A stretch of DNA of 32,000 bases from Microcystis aeruginosa NIES-843 (lineage in GTDB: Bacteria; Cyanobacteriota; Cyanobacteriia; Cyanobacteriales; Microcystaceae). The DNA lies in the NCBI RefSeq assembly GCF_000010625.1, contig NC_010296.1, forward strand, positions 600,001-632,000, written 5' to 3'. A program made the position numbers and the translations under genes. Every line of letters begins with the position of its first letter. Position 1 is the stretch's first letter. Below the pieces are notes generated by a model, which did no database searches, had not been told where the DNA came from, and saw only the letters and a program-made list of their open reading frames with translations. Positions 9,575-17,176 of the stretch are shown here, one piece after another.

Positions 9575-9650
9575 TCCGATTTTTTCTAGCAGAGACTATT
9601 GCTTTTCCCGCTTGTGTACTGTTGTGTAGATAATTTTAGCAGAAAAATCT
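9464..9650 (-). repeat. 187-bp duplication, copy A (promoter/5' UTR plus first ~45 codons of the Phd-like antitoxin)
   Basis: Hand alignment to 12047-12233 gives 5 mismatches in 187 bp. Confidence 0.9.
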
Positions 9651-9684
9651 AACGGTAAAGAATCTTAAGTTAGCGTCAGAACAT

Positions 9685-10155
9685 CTATTGCTGCCGCAAA
9701 AGTCGTTCGAGTAGGCTGGGTGCAACCCAAAAGCCAGCTTCTTGGAGACGTTCAAAGGTTACTCTTAAATCGAGCAATCCGAATTGGGCAGCATCTTTGA
9801 CAATGCCCAAAAGTCCAATAATTCTTAAGCCACGCTCCGAAGCAATTTGCCTCCCTGCTTTGTCATCTAAAATAATCAATTCAGCTTCAATTTGCTCTGC
9901 TAGTAAAATCGCTTCTTGCTCACCCGGATCGAGTTTTTACAATCCTGACCTTGAGGATGTCCTAACAATTTCAATCCGGAGCCAATCAGGGGGGTTAGCA
10001 ATCCAATTGCGAACGATAGATGGAGATTCTGAGGCCTTTAATTCATCAGCTACAGCTTCAGGAATGACCACAAGCTCATACAGTTCTTGTAGGATCATAA
10101 TTTGGTCAATTAAGAGCAGGTAGCAAATCGGAGAAGTGTCAGAAACAACTATCAT
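9685..10155 (-). pseudogene. DUF3368 PIN-like toxin gene interrupted by an in-frame TAA
   Basis: ORFs 9937-10155 (MIVVSDTSPICYLL...) and 9685-9879 share one frame and are separated only by TAA at 9939-9937. Read-through gives ...SGL*KLDPGEQEAILLAEQIEAELIILDDKAGRQIA..., the typical DUF3368 core. Confidence 0.8.
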
Positions 10156-10418
10156 TTCGCTCTGAGTTCTTTGAGAGTTTGCAAATCGCGTTCCAGTTCA
10201 GTTTCATCATAATTCAGATAGACTCCCATCCGCTTTAAAAAGGCATGAGTTTCTAACCGAGAAGGTAATTGAAGGATGCGTCCAACTTCGGCCGTACTCA
10301 AGATACCGGCACGGTAAGCATCAGCAATAACCATTTCCAGCAGTTTATGAGCCAAATTATCGCCTGTTTGACCTAATCTCTGGGCGATTTCGTCGGGAAT
10401 ATCAACAGTGATTTGCAT
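10152..10418 (-). CDS. UPF0175-family antitoxin (partner of DUF3368), intact
   Basis: MQITVDIPDEIAQRL...AYRAGILSTAEVGRILQLPSRLETHAFLKRMGV. The stop overlaps the DUF3368 start (ATGA). The 54-aa N-terminal extension in the ORF track is rejected. Confidence 0.7.
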   Translation of the reverse strand: MQITVDIPDEIAQRLGQTGDNLAHKLLEMVIADAYRAGILSTAEVGRILQLPSRLETHAFLKRMGVYLNYDETELERDLQTLKELRAK

Positions 10419-10645
10419 AAAATTATCGGAGTCGCTACCAGTTAGTTCTATCATAGGTGAAATAGATGGCTCTTCCAGTTTTTGTGTGGAAGGAAGAAGA
10501 ATAGGGATAATTTGGGTGCATCTCAATTTGGTCGAAATATCTATAGGACATTTTGGGCGCACACAGTTCGATAAACTCACTGACCACAGTGCGGCCCTAC
10601 CATTGGCGTAATAATATTATTGTAGGGGCGAATTGCCTTCGCCCT

Positions 10646-10697
10646 CAGGGTTTGCGGCAAAAAGTTTTTTGTGGGGGCGGGGTGTGGGGTAGGGTTG
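10646..10697 (+). repeat. Dispersed ~60-bp repeat, copy 3
   Basis: CAGGGTTTGCGGCAAAAAGTTTTTTGTGGGGGCGGGGTGTGGGGTAGGGTTG. Confidence 0.8.
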
Positions 10698-10786
10698 TTT
10701 CATTCCCTCAAATGTCATTCTCTGCAATCCAACAGAGTTTTTAGATTTATTCAGCAAGCTCTATCTAGGGTTTGCTGAATAAGTAC

Positions 10787-10851
10787 GGGCGAAGCATTCG
10801 GATAGAAAATCTACCTTTTCACCGATAGGTTATTGTCCGAATGCTTCGCCC
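10787..10851. repeat. Perfect 16-bp inverted repeat (GGGCGAAGCATTCGGA / TCCGAATGCTTCGCCC) with a 33-nt spacer, inside a cluster of small palindromes
   Basis: The arms are 10787-10802 and 10836-10851. Neighbouring palindromes are TTATTCAGCAA/TTGCTGAATAA near 10748-10783 and GGGGCGAA/TTCGCCCT near 10625-10645. Confidence 0.8.
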
Positions 10852-11137
10852 CTACAGGACGCGGGCCGATGAAGACGCAAGGTTTTGAACGACGATTCTC
10901 TCAAAATCTTGCACCTGTTTCGCTCGTAAAGCCCCAAAACCTTTACTTTGCCTACATTTCAAATTTATTCAGCAAACCCTATCTAGCCGGTCTGAGATTA
11001 ACCCTAGCCAAACTCATCCAACGCTTGCAAAGTTGGGAAGCGCACCTAGCCCAGGGCGACACCCACCGACTACGGCGGGATATCTTCGATTCTTACGAAT
11101 TCACCAGAATATCGGATATTGTTGTGATCGCCGTCGC

Positions 11138-11910
11138 TCACTCACCGAAATACAGGTGAACCAGATTGCTCGTCCAGGTTGCCACCCCCGTGCCGAAAAA
11201 ATCCGCGTCTTCCGTCCAGATCGGGCATTCCAGCAATAAAGCCAGCGCCACGACTGGCCAATCGTCCACATCCCGCGCGGCGATGCGTTTTCTAGCCTCC
11301 CCCTCGTAAGAAGCGTACAGGCTGTTATCCACGATCCGCACCCAACCGGTCAAACCTTCCAAGACTGCCATCGCGTCCTCGCTCCCTAGGTCGCGTTTCT
11401 CGAAAAGAATCGGTAAATATCGCCTTGCGTCGGCGTAACAGCGATCGGTCGTGAAAAAATCTACCGTGGGAGCGAACCGAGCGATCATCGGAAATTTTGG
11501 GTCTGAAACCCCGCCGTTCTAGGTTGGCTTTACGTTAGAATTAAAAGGCCAGTCTCGAAAACCAAGTGGACGGCGCAGCACCTTGAAAACTCGGCTTAGG
11601 GGGTTCCGACCAGAAAAGCTTGGCCGGGTAAAAAGTCGCGCGCAACAAGTACAAGAAGCTATAGGCGGTCAACGTACCGTGGGACACACGGAATCGGGCT
11701 TCTGAAATGGGGCGAAAGTCTGTGGACTCTGTGTAAGACAGTACATGGTTTTTTAACTGTGGTATGCGACGGTGGTGGAAGCAGAAACTTAAATCGTGAG
11801 GTTTAGGAATCGCCGCACTTTTAGGGCGGCGAGGATGTCAACTCCCGTACCTTTTTCCCCAACACGGCACGGATGAGAATATTGGCATCCAGAACGATTC
11901 TTTTCGTCAT
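11138..11910 (-). pseudogene. PIN-domain (VapC-like) toxin gene split by a 353-bp insertion
   Basis: The ATG at 11910 gives MTKRIVLDANILIRAVLGKKVREL, then runs into TAA at 11823-11821. The 116-aa ORF 11488-11138 (IARFAPTVDFFTTD...DVDDWPVVALALLLECPIWTEDADFF) lies in another frame. Deleting 11486-11838 rejoins them into a 139-codon PIN ORF. Confidence 0.75.
11486..11838. mobile_element. 353-bp non-coding, hairpin-rich insertion of unknown class (possible IS200/IS605-derived PATE or orphan guide-RNA-like element, or an intron-like RNA)
   Basis: The ORF track has no ORF of 60 aa or more here. There are no terminal inverted repeats, and TCA sits at both junctions on the + strand. Hairpins: TCGCCGC-N9-GCGGCGA (11810-11832), 6 nt from one end; CCGTG-ggaca-CACGG (11677-11691); AGTC-tgtg-GACT. 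Several GAAA/GAAAA loops occur on the + strand. Confidence 0.5.
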
Positions 11911-11920
11911 GGCAGAAAGC

Positions 11921-12175
11921 CTAACGCTCGCCTTCGCGGAGTTGACGGAATTCGCGAACGAGCGCATCTTCAGAAAGTCCCTGTTCCCGTAAAAGCGCAT
12001 CCAACCTCTCGGCGGCGCGTTTTAACCCATCGATCTCCGCTTCCGATGGCTCCGGTCGTGCCGGTAAGAAATAACCCACCGTCTGACCCTGGCAAGTGAC
12101 GGCGATGGGAGTAGTAGAACTCAAATATTTGGCGAGATGATCCCGGAATTCTCCCATTCCGATTTTTTCTAGCAT
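11921..12175 (-). CDS. Phd/YefM-like antitoxin (intact), upstream partner of the split PIN gene
   Basis: The N-terminus GEFRDHLAKYLSSTTPIAVTCQGQTVGYFLP fits the Phd/YefM fold pattern, and the C-terminus is a charged helix. Its stop lies 10 nt before the PIN ATG. Confidence 0.7.
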   Translation of the reverse strand: MLEKIGMGEFRDHLAKYLSSTTPIAVTCQGQTVGYFLPARPEPSEAEIDGLKRAAERLDALLREQGLSEDALVREFRQLREGER

Positions 12176-12233
12176 AGACTATTGCTTTTCCCGCTTGTGT
12201 ACCGTTGTGTACATAATTTTAGCAGAAAAATCT
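12047..12233 (-). repeat. 187-bp duplication, copy B (native context)
   Basis: See 9464-9650. Confidence 0.9.
12196..12212 (-). promoter_or_regulatory. Direct repeat TGTGTAC-N3-TGTGTAC in the antitoxin 5' region (putative operator)
   Basis: It lies about 20-40 nt upstream of the Phd-like start and next to an A/T-rich -10-like TAAAAT on the coding strand. Copy A (about 9613-9629) conserves it with 2 changes. Confidence 0.35.
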
Positions 12234-12271
12234 TAGGTTGGGGACGTGCTAACTCGCTGATAATGTTAGTA

Positions 12272-12511
12272 TCACACAGGAATGTCATTTAAGCTTTCTG
12301 CAAATGGATTAGAACGATCTTGGCGAGGAGGAACTTCTATAGTATAGTTTTCTTCAGCACAAATTTGTCGCAATTCTGCTAAAGCTTGGGCTAGGTTATC
12401 AAAATCTGTTTGAGTTTCATGGGCAGCTAATTTCTTCTCTAAGAGCAATCTTTCTTCTTCAGAAAGGGATTGGATAATTTGGACGAGAGATTCAATCAAT
12501 TTGGCATTCAT
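12272..12511 (-). CDS. Orphan type II antitoxin-like protein (VapB-like, cyanobacterial type); no toxin follows it
   Basis: 79 aa. The tail ELRQICAEENYTIEVPPRQDRSNPFAESL resembles antitoxins that precede PIN toxins in cyanobacteria (recollection). Downstream, the 187-bp repeat begins after only 38 nt. Confidence 0.5.
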   Translation of the reverse strand: MNAKLIESLVQIIQSLSEEERLLLEKKLAAHETQTDFDNLAQALAELRQICAEENYTIEVPPRQDRSNPFAESLNDIPV

Positions 12512-12586
12512 GTTTTTTTCCTCTTTCCACTCATATTTCTGTTACCCAAAACAAAAAGATAACTGCTGTATTTAAATTGTTACAGT

Positions 12587-14554
12587 TTATTTTAAATAAA
12601 TCAAGAGATTTAACCCCGGAATCGTGCGCGAGAGAGTCCAGATAAGGAGAGTGATATAAAAGATGCCGATACCCCATTGATACCAAACTAAAAAAGAAAT
12701 GATAGCGGGTAATTCTTGATCGCGAACTCGCCAATCATTAAAGCCTAATTTTAGCAAATTATTGAGACTTAAATCGTAATAATTTAACCAATTCCAACGC
12801 TTTTGCCAAGGAATAGGAGTATAACGATCGCGAAAGAGGGGAAATTCGGGAACCACGGGTAAACGGGTTATTAATAAGCGTAATTGTCGCATACTACCAT
12901 CTTGCAAAAAATAGGAACTATCCATTAAATCGTGATAGCGTCCCCGACGATAAAGTTCGATAACTAAAATTAAGGGTAAGGGGACAAGAATTAGGGCAAT
13001 AGCTGTTAAAGTTAGTAGGGGACGACTGGCAGATTGCAGGATATTAAACACACCTGAAAGGGTGAGAATAATATAGCTAGTTACCATACAAAAGATTTCA
13101 TAACGATTAGGAATTACCGGTTTAGGAGTGAGACGACGCACGCGATCAATTAACCAAAATAAACAGCCAAAATAGGCAAAAATTATGATTCCTGTACCGA
13201 AAACTAAACTAAAATTTGTACCATCTTGACTTAAAAGTAATAGTAAAGCAAGGAAAGAAGTATGCAGAAAATCAGCTACCCAAGTGAGGTTAATTAGGCG
13301 AATAACTGAGATATTATTCAGTTTTTGTTTTAACTGTTGAAATCGCAATTTTTCGGTTTTGTATTCAATTTGATTGGCATCGGCAATTTGTTCTAGGGAG
13401 CGAAAATTACGAACTAAATTTCTTAAAACTGTCTCATTTCCTGTTAAAGTTGGTAAATAAATTGCTTGACCAATTACTCCTCTATCTCCCAGTATTTTCG
13501 CTTTATCGGAATCAAAAGCTAATCCTGATACACTCAAATAACTATTTTTAGTAAAAGTGGAATTACTAAAATCTACCTGATCTAAAAGTTTCACATCTTG
13601 AAAACTAACGACACCATTAAAATAACTAGACCGGAAAGCGCCTGATTTTTCAAAAGTGGCATTTCTAAAGGTTAATAAACTTAAAAATCTACTCTTAGAA
13701 AATAGCGGACGATCTCGCCATTGACTTTGGGAAAAATTGGCTTCCTTTTCCCAGAAAGTACGGGTAAAATCTGCGGGTTTATCGTATTTAGTTTGATCAA
13801 AATAAGCTTCGGCAGTAAAATGACTGCGATGGAAGTTAGTAATACTTTTAAAATGGGCCGTGCGAAAGATAGCTTTATTTAAAAATTGACTTTGACTAAA
13901 ATTTACATCTCCCATAAAAGTGGCTTTGGTAAATTTCGCTACCCTAGCAAAACGCGATTCTACCCAATTACTTTCACGACTAAATTTTGCTTCCATTACT
14001 TCGACAATTTGCAGAAAAAAAGTCTTAGAAAAGTCCACTTCTCCCATAAATACGGTTCCCTGCAACTTCACCGGTCCGCGAAATACTGTGACATTAAAAA
14101 CCGGTTCATCGCTATCGAATAAAAAATTTTCGTCCTGTTGTAATAACTGTTCTTCCGTGGGTGATAATAAGGTAGCGAGAGCCACTTTTGTTAAAGGAGT
14201 CGGTAAACCCAGACGGGAAGCGATAAAATTGCCTTGAATTAAGGAATTACTAAAATCTAAACCTAGGGGTTGTTTAGCGCGATTAATTTGACCTTGAATC
14301 TGTTGATAAAATTGTTCTTGTAGTTCTTTATTTTCATCGCGGATATCGATAACTAAATTGGCTAAATTAATGGTAGTCATCCCTTCTTTAAGGACGGGTG
14401 CGCTTAAACGTTCCTGCAATAAAGTTACTGTTAAAGGAACCCTATCCACTACTGCCAAACTAGGGAGAGAATGTAAACAGAAAAACAGAAAAACAATGAT
14501 TAGTAACCAGCAGCCTTTCAACAACGCACCCACGACAGTTATTTTCCTAAACAA
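12587..14554 (-). CDS. Pentapeptide-repeat protein with a C-terminal multi-pass membrane domain
   Basis: Long runs of A(D/N)LxX-type pentapeptides (FSNSLIQGNF, ANFSQSQWRD, VDFSNSTFTK). An N-terminal signal-like helix and about 6 hydrophobic helices in the C-terminal third. Confidence 0.8.
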   Translation of the reverse strand: MFRKITVVGALLKGCWLLIIVFLFFCLHSLPSLAVVDRVPLTVTLLQERLSAPVLKEGMTTINLANLVIDIRDENKELQEQFYQQIQGQINRAKQPLGLDFSNSLIQGNFIASRLGLPTPLTKVALATLLSPTEEQLLQQDENFLFDSDEPVFNVTVFRGPVKLQGTVFMGEVDFSKTFFLQIVEVMEAKFSRESNWVESRFARVAKFTKATFMGDVNFSQSQFLNKAIFRTAHFKSITNFHRSHFTAEAYFDQTKYDKPADFTRTFWEKEANFSQSQWRDRPLFSKSRFLSLLTFRNATFEKSGAFRSSYFNGVVSFQDVKLLDQVDFSNSTFTKNSYLSVSGLAFDSDKAKILGDRGVIGQAIYLPTLTGNETVLRNLVRNFRSLEQIADANQIEYKTEKLRFQQLKQKLNNISVIRLINLTWVADFLHTSFLALLLLLSQDGTNFSLVFGTGIIIFAYFGCLFWLIDRVRRLTPKPVIPNRYEIFCMVTSYIILTLSGVFNILQSASRPLLTLTAIALILVPLPLILVIELYRRGRYHDLMDSSYFLQDGSMRQLRLLITRLPVVPEFPLFRDRYTPIPWQKRWNWLNYYDLSLNNLLKLGFNDWRVRDQELPAIISFLVWYQWGIGIFYITLLIWTLSRTIPGLNLLIYLK

Positions 14555-14823
14555 GCTTGGATAGCCATTTCTAAATCCTCTTGGTTTAAATCGGTAATAA
14601 CAAAGACCTCCTGAACACTTTTTCCTGTCCTCGCAATCAGCTTAAAACCACCACGAATCGGCACTGATATCCGCAATTGTAACCGCGGACAATGACCTTT
14701 TGAGCGAGAAAGTACCCCCGGGGTGACAGTGGTGATTCCCTGATAAGTAATTAACTTTTCTAATACCGCAATCAACCCCGGAATATGAGTAGAATGATTC
14801 CAAACTAAGCGACCATTATTCAT
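14539..14823 (-). CDS. Conserved hypothetical protein (DUF2103-like, by recollection)
   Basis: 94-aa ORF (RLVWNHSTHIPGL...QEVFVITDL) immediately downstream of clpS. It overlaps the next gene start by 16 nt. Confidence 0.45.
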   Translation of the reverse strand: MNNGRLVWNHSTHIPGLIAVLEKLITYQGITTVTPGVLSRSKGHCPRLQLRISVPIRGGFKLIARTGKSVQEVFVITDLNQEDLEMAIQACLGK

Positions 14824-14825
14824 AA

Positions 14826-15119
14826 TTATGCGGCCTCTAGGGGAGCCATGGTTAATCCTTCCCGTCGCAATTGTTGGTGATAAAGTTCCGCTTGTTCTTG
14901 GGGACCGGTCCAGACAATTGCCTGTCCTTGGTAGTGAACTTGATTAGTTAATTCCCAAGCTCGATCAGTAGTCATATCCGGGATATATTTAATTAAACAA
15001 TTGGCCACATGATCGAAGGTGTTAAAGTCATCGTTGAGAACAATAACTTTATAGTTGGGATAAGTCTTTTTGACCACTTGGGTGGACTTATCTAAGGTGG
15101 TACTGGGTGCGCTGGACAT
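14826..15119 (-). CDS. clpS: ATP-dependent Clp protease adaptor ClpS
   Basis: YKVIVLNDDFNTFDHVANCLIKYIP...AWELTNQVHYQGQAIVWTGPQEQAELY is the ClpS core. Confidence 0.9.
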   Translation of the reverse strand: MSSAPSTTLDKSTQVVKKTYPNYKVIVLNDDFNTFDHVANCLIKYIPDMTTDRAWELTNQVHYQGQAIVWTGPQEQAELYHQQLRREGLTMAPLEAA

Positions 15120-15174
15120 AAAAGTTACAATAGGTCAAGGTTTTTGCAATTAAATTCGAGCATTTTGACAACAA

Positions 15175-16308
15175 TTAAGCGGCAAAAGCCACAGTATTAT
15201 TATTCAAAACCCGGTGATAGTAATTTAATAACTGTTTGGTGGCCGCTTGCCATGCCCATTTTTCCGCTTCTAGACGCGCATTTCGTCGTAATTCCTCTCT
15301 TTCTGCCTTGGCGGTTAGTAATCTTTGGGTGGCACTAATTAAACCTTTTTCATCCCTAGGATCGAAGAGATGACCATTAACTCCATCGGTGACAATATCG
15401 GGAATTCCCCCCGAATTTGCCGCCACCACCGGACAACCGGCAGCCATGGATTCTAAAAGTACCAAACCGAGGGTTTCTGTGCGTGAGGGAAAAAGAAAAG
15501 CATCTGCGGAAGCAAAAGCGGAGGCTAATTCTAACCCCTGTAAATAACCGACAAAATGGGTATTTGTGTCGGCAAAATGACTTGTTAAAGCTTCCCGATG
15601 GGGACCATCTCCCACAATGGCAAATCTTGCTTCGGGAATCGCTTCTAATACTGGTTTAATGCGATCGATTTCTTTTTCGGCCGACACTCGACCAACATAT
15701 AATAAGAGAGGACTATCGGGGTTATTTTGGGATAATTTCAGTCTCATAGCTGGGGATTTTAAATGAGGTTGAAATAATTCCGTATCGACTCCCCTTTGCC
15801 AAAGCTCGACCTTTTCAATGCCACGACTAGATAATTCTTGCACCATAGCGGTGGAAGTGCAGAGATTTAAACTTGCTTGATTGTGGGCCAATTTTAATAA
15901 TTCCCAGAGTAATCCTTCTAGGGAACCTAATCCATAGTGTTGTAAGTATTGGGGGAGATGGGTATGATAGGAAGCGACGAGGGGAATGTTCATAGTTTTG
16001 GCAAAATAAATGCCTCCCACCCCTAAAATAGCGGGGTTAACCACATGAATAATATCAGGTTTAAACCTCTCTAAAGCTTGACCGACTGAAGGCCGGGGGA
16101 AAGCCATTTTTAATTCCGGATATAGGGGTAAGGGAATCCCTGTAACTCCATGAATTTTAGCACCTTTGTAATCCTTTAAACCGCCATCGGGAGAGAAAAC
16201 TAATACCTGATGACCTAATCTTTGTAGGTGTTCCACGGTATGTTTAAGACGGGTGACAATGCCATCAATTTTCGGTAAGAAGGTTTCTGTAAAAAGAGCA
16301 ATTCGCAT
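15175..16308 (-). CDS. sqdX: GT4-family glycosyltransferase, SqdX-like (sulfoquinovosyl-diacylglycerol synthase)
   Basis: MRIALFTETFLPKIDGIVTRLKHTVEHLQRLGH at the N-terminus and the GT4 C-terminal E-x7-E region (FPSRTETLGLVLLESMAAGCPVV). The SqdX assignment is from recollection of the Synechocystis protein. Confidence 0.65.
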   Translation of the reverse strand: MRIALFTETFLPKIDGIVTRLKHTVEHLQRLGHQVLVFSPDGGLKDYKGAKIHGVTGIPLPLYPELKMAFPRPSVGQALERFKPDIIHVVNPAILGVGGIYFAKTMNIPLVASYHTHLPQYLQHYGLGSLEGLLWELLKLAHNQASLNLCTSTAMVQELSSRGIEKVELWQRGVDTELFQPHLKSPAMRLKLSQNNPDSPLLLYVGRVSAEKEIDRIKPVLEAIPEARFAIVGDGPHREALTSHFADTNTHFVGYLQGLELASAFASADAFLFPSRTETLGLVLLESMAAGCPVVAANSGGIPDIVTDGVNGHLFDPRDEKGLISATQRLLTAKAEREELRRNARLEAEKWAWQAATKQLLNYYHRVLNNNTVAFAA

Positions 16309-16403
16309 AGAGAAAACAAGGTTAAGTAATAATTAAGGACAAGCTTTTTGAGATAGCTAGGAATAATTACTGAATTTCTCAAGGCAATTAACTCCCCAAT
16401 TAA

Positions 16404-17066
16404 TCATAGATCAGAAAGGCCAAAGGTTTTAATCACTCGATCGCTACCTTCGATAACCACCGTCGCTCGATAATTATCGCCGATTGCTGCCGTCCATAAT
16501 TGCCATTCCCCCGCCACATTGTCTAATTTTAAGGGATTGAGGCCTACTTCCACTCGATCGAGTCCCCCGCTAATTCCCGTTCCCACTGCCTTTAAATAAG
16601 CCTCTTTTGCCGTCCATAACTGAAAAAATAGCTTTTCCTTCTCCGCAGACTTTTCAACAAGCTCGTGTTCCCTAGCACAAAAAAATCTTTTTGTCAAGCT
16701 ATCTAAATCTTTCATCTGGCGCATTTTCTCTAAATCTACCCCGATGCGAGCGGTTAAAGTCAAGCCACAGATTGCCATCTCCTCGGAATGGGAGAGATTA
16801 AACTGCAATTGATAGTTAATACTCGGTTTTCCCCGTTCACTGTAGATAAACTCGATTTTTTCGGGACTTATCGCCAAATATGACCCTAAAATCTCCCGTA
16901 AACACCCCCTAGCCACCAAAAAACGCCGCTTGTGTTCGGGAAAATGGTAACGATTAGCTCTAATTATTTCATCTTCCGAGAGCAAAGAAGCCAGTGTTTC
17001 TAGTCTATCCCCAGAGGGATCAAGACTGATAAAATAGAGATGAACCTCATCGGTAGATATAAACAT
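16404..17066 (-). CDS. Sfp/HetI-type 4'-phosphopantetheinyl transferase
   Basis: FNLSHSEEMAICG, GVDLE and WTAKEAYLKAVGTG are the PPTase motifs. Confidence 0.85.
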   Translation of the reverse strand: MFISTDEVHLYFISLDPSGDRLETLASLLSEDEIIRANRYHFPEHKRRFLVARGCLREILGSYLAISPEKIEFIYSERGKPSINYQLQFNLSHSEEMAICGLTLTARIGVDLEKMRQMKDLDSLTKRFFCAREHELVEKSAEKEKLFFQLWTAKEAYLKAVGTGISGGLDRVEVGLNPLKLDNVAGEWQLWTAAIGDNYRATVVIEGSDRVIKTFGLSDL

Positions 17067-17176
17067 TAAACTCAGAAGCGATCAAATAATTAATTATCGG
17101 TAAATTTTACCGTAAAATGAGAATTGCCGACTCAAGAATTTATCCACCTTCTAACTCTTGACTTTGCAGCACACCT

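Noticed and set aside
10419-10580. N-terminal 54-aa extension of the UPF0175 antitoxin ORF
   Set aside because: The extension is Cys/Pro/Ile-rich, overlaps a MITE-end-like sequence (10514-10538), and UPF0175 proteins normally begin at the M-x-I-x-(I/V)-x-(I/L)-P-D motif found at 10418.
10833-11159. 108-aa ORF, with a possible ParE/RelE-like tail (LIQRLQSWEAHLAQ...ISDIVVIAVAH)
   Set aside because: The N-terminal half is translated through palindromic MITE-like repeats. The toxin resemblance rests on ~25 residues from memory only. The ORF also overlaps the PIN gene's 3' end. It might be a toxin relic, but the support is too weak to annotate.
11486-11838. Reading the PIN-gene insertion as a group I intron, or its end as a tRNA/tmRNA-like acceptor
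   Set aside because: With the junction that restores the frame (GAG TTG | ATC GCT), no register gives both a 5' exon ending in U and an intron ending in G. A stretch resembling the group I R element (TCCACAGACT) is better explained as part of a local AGTC-CACA-GACT hairpin, and no complementary P7 partner was found. The CAACTCCCG near 11838 lacks a T-arm partner and a CCA context. It is not fully excluded; cmscan is needed.
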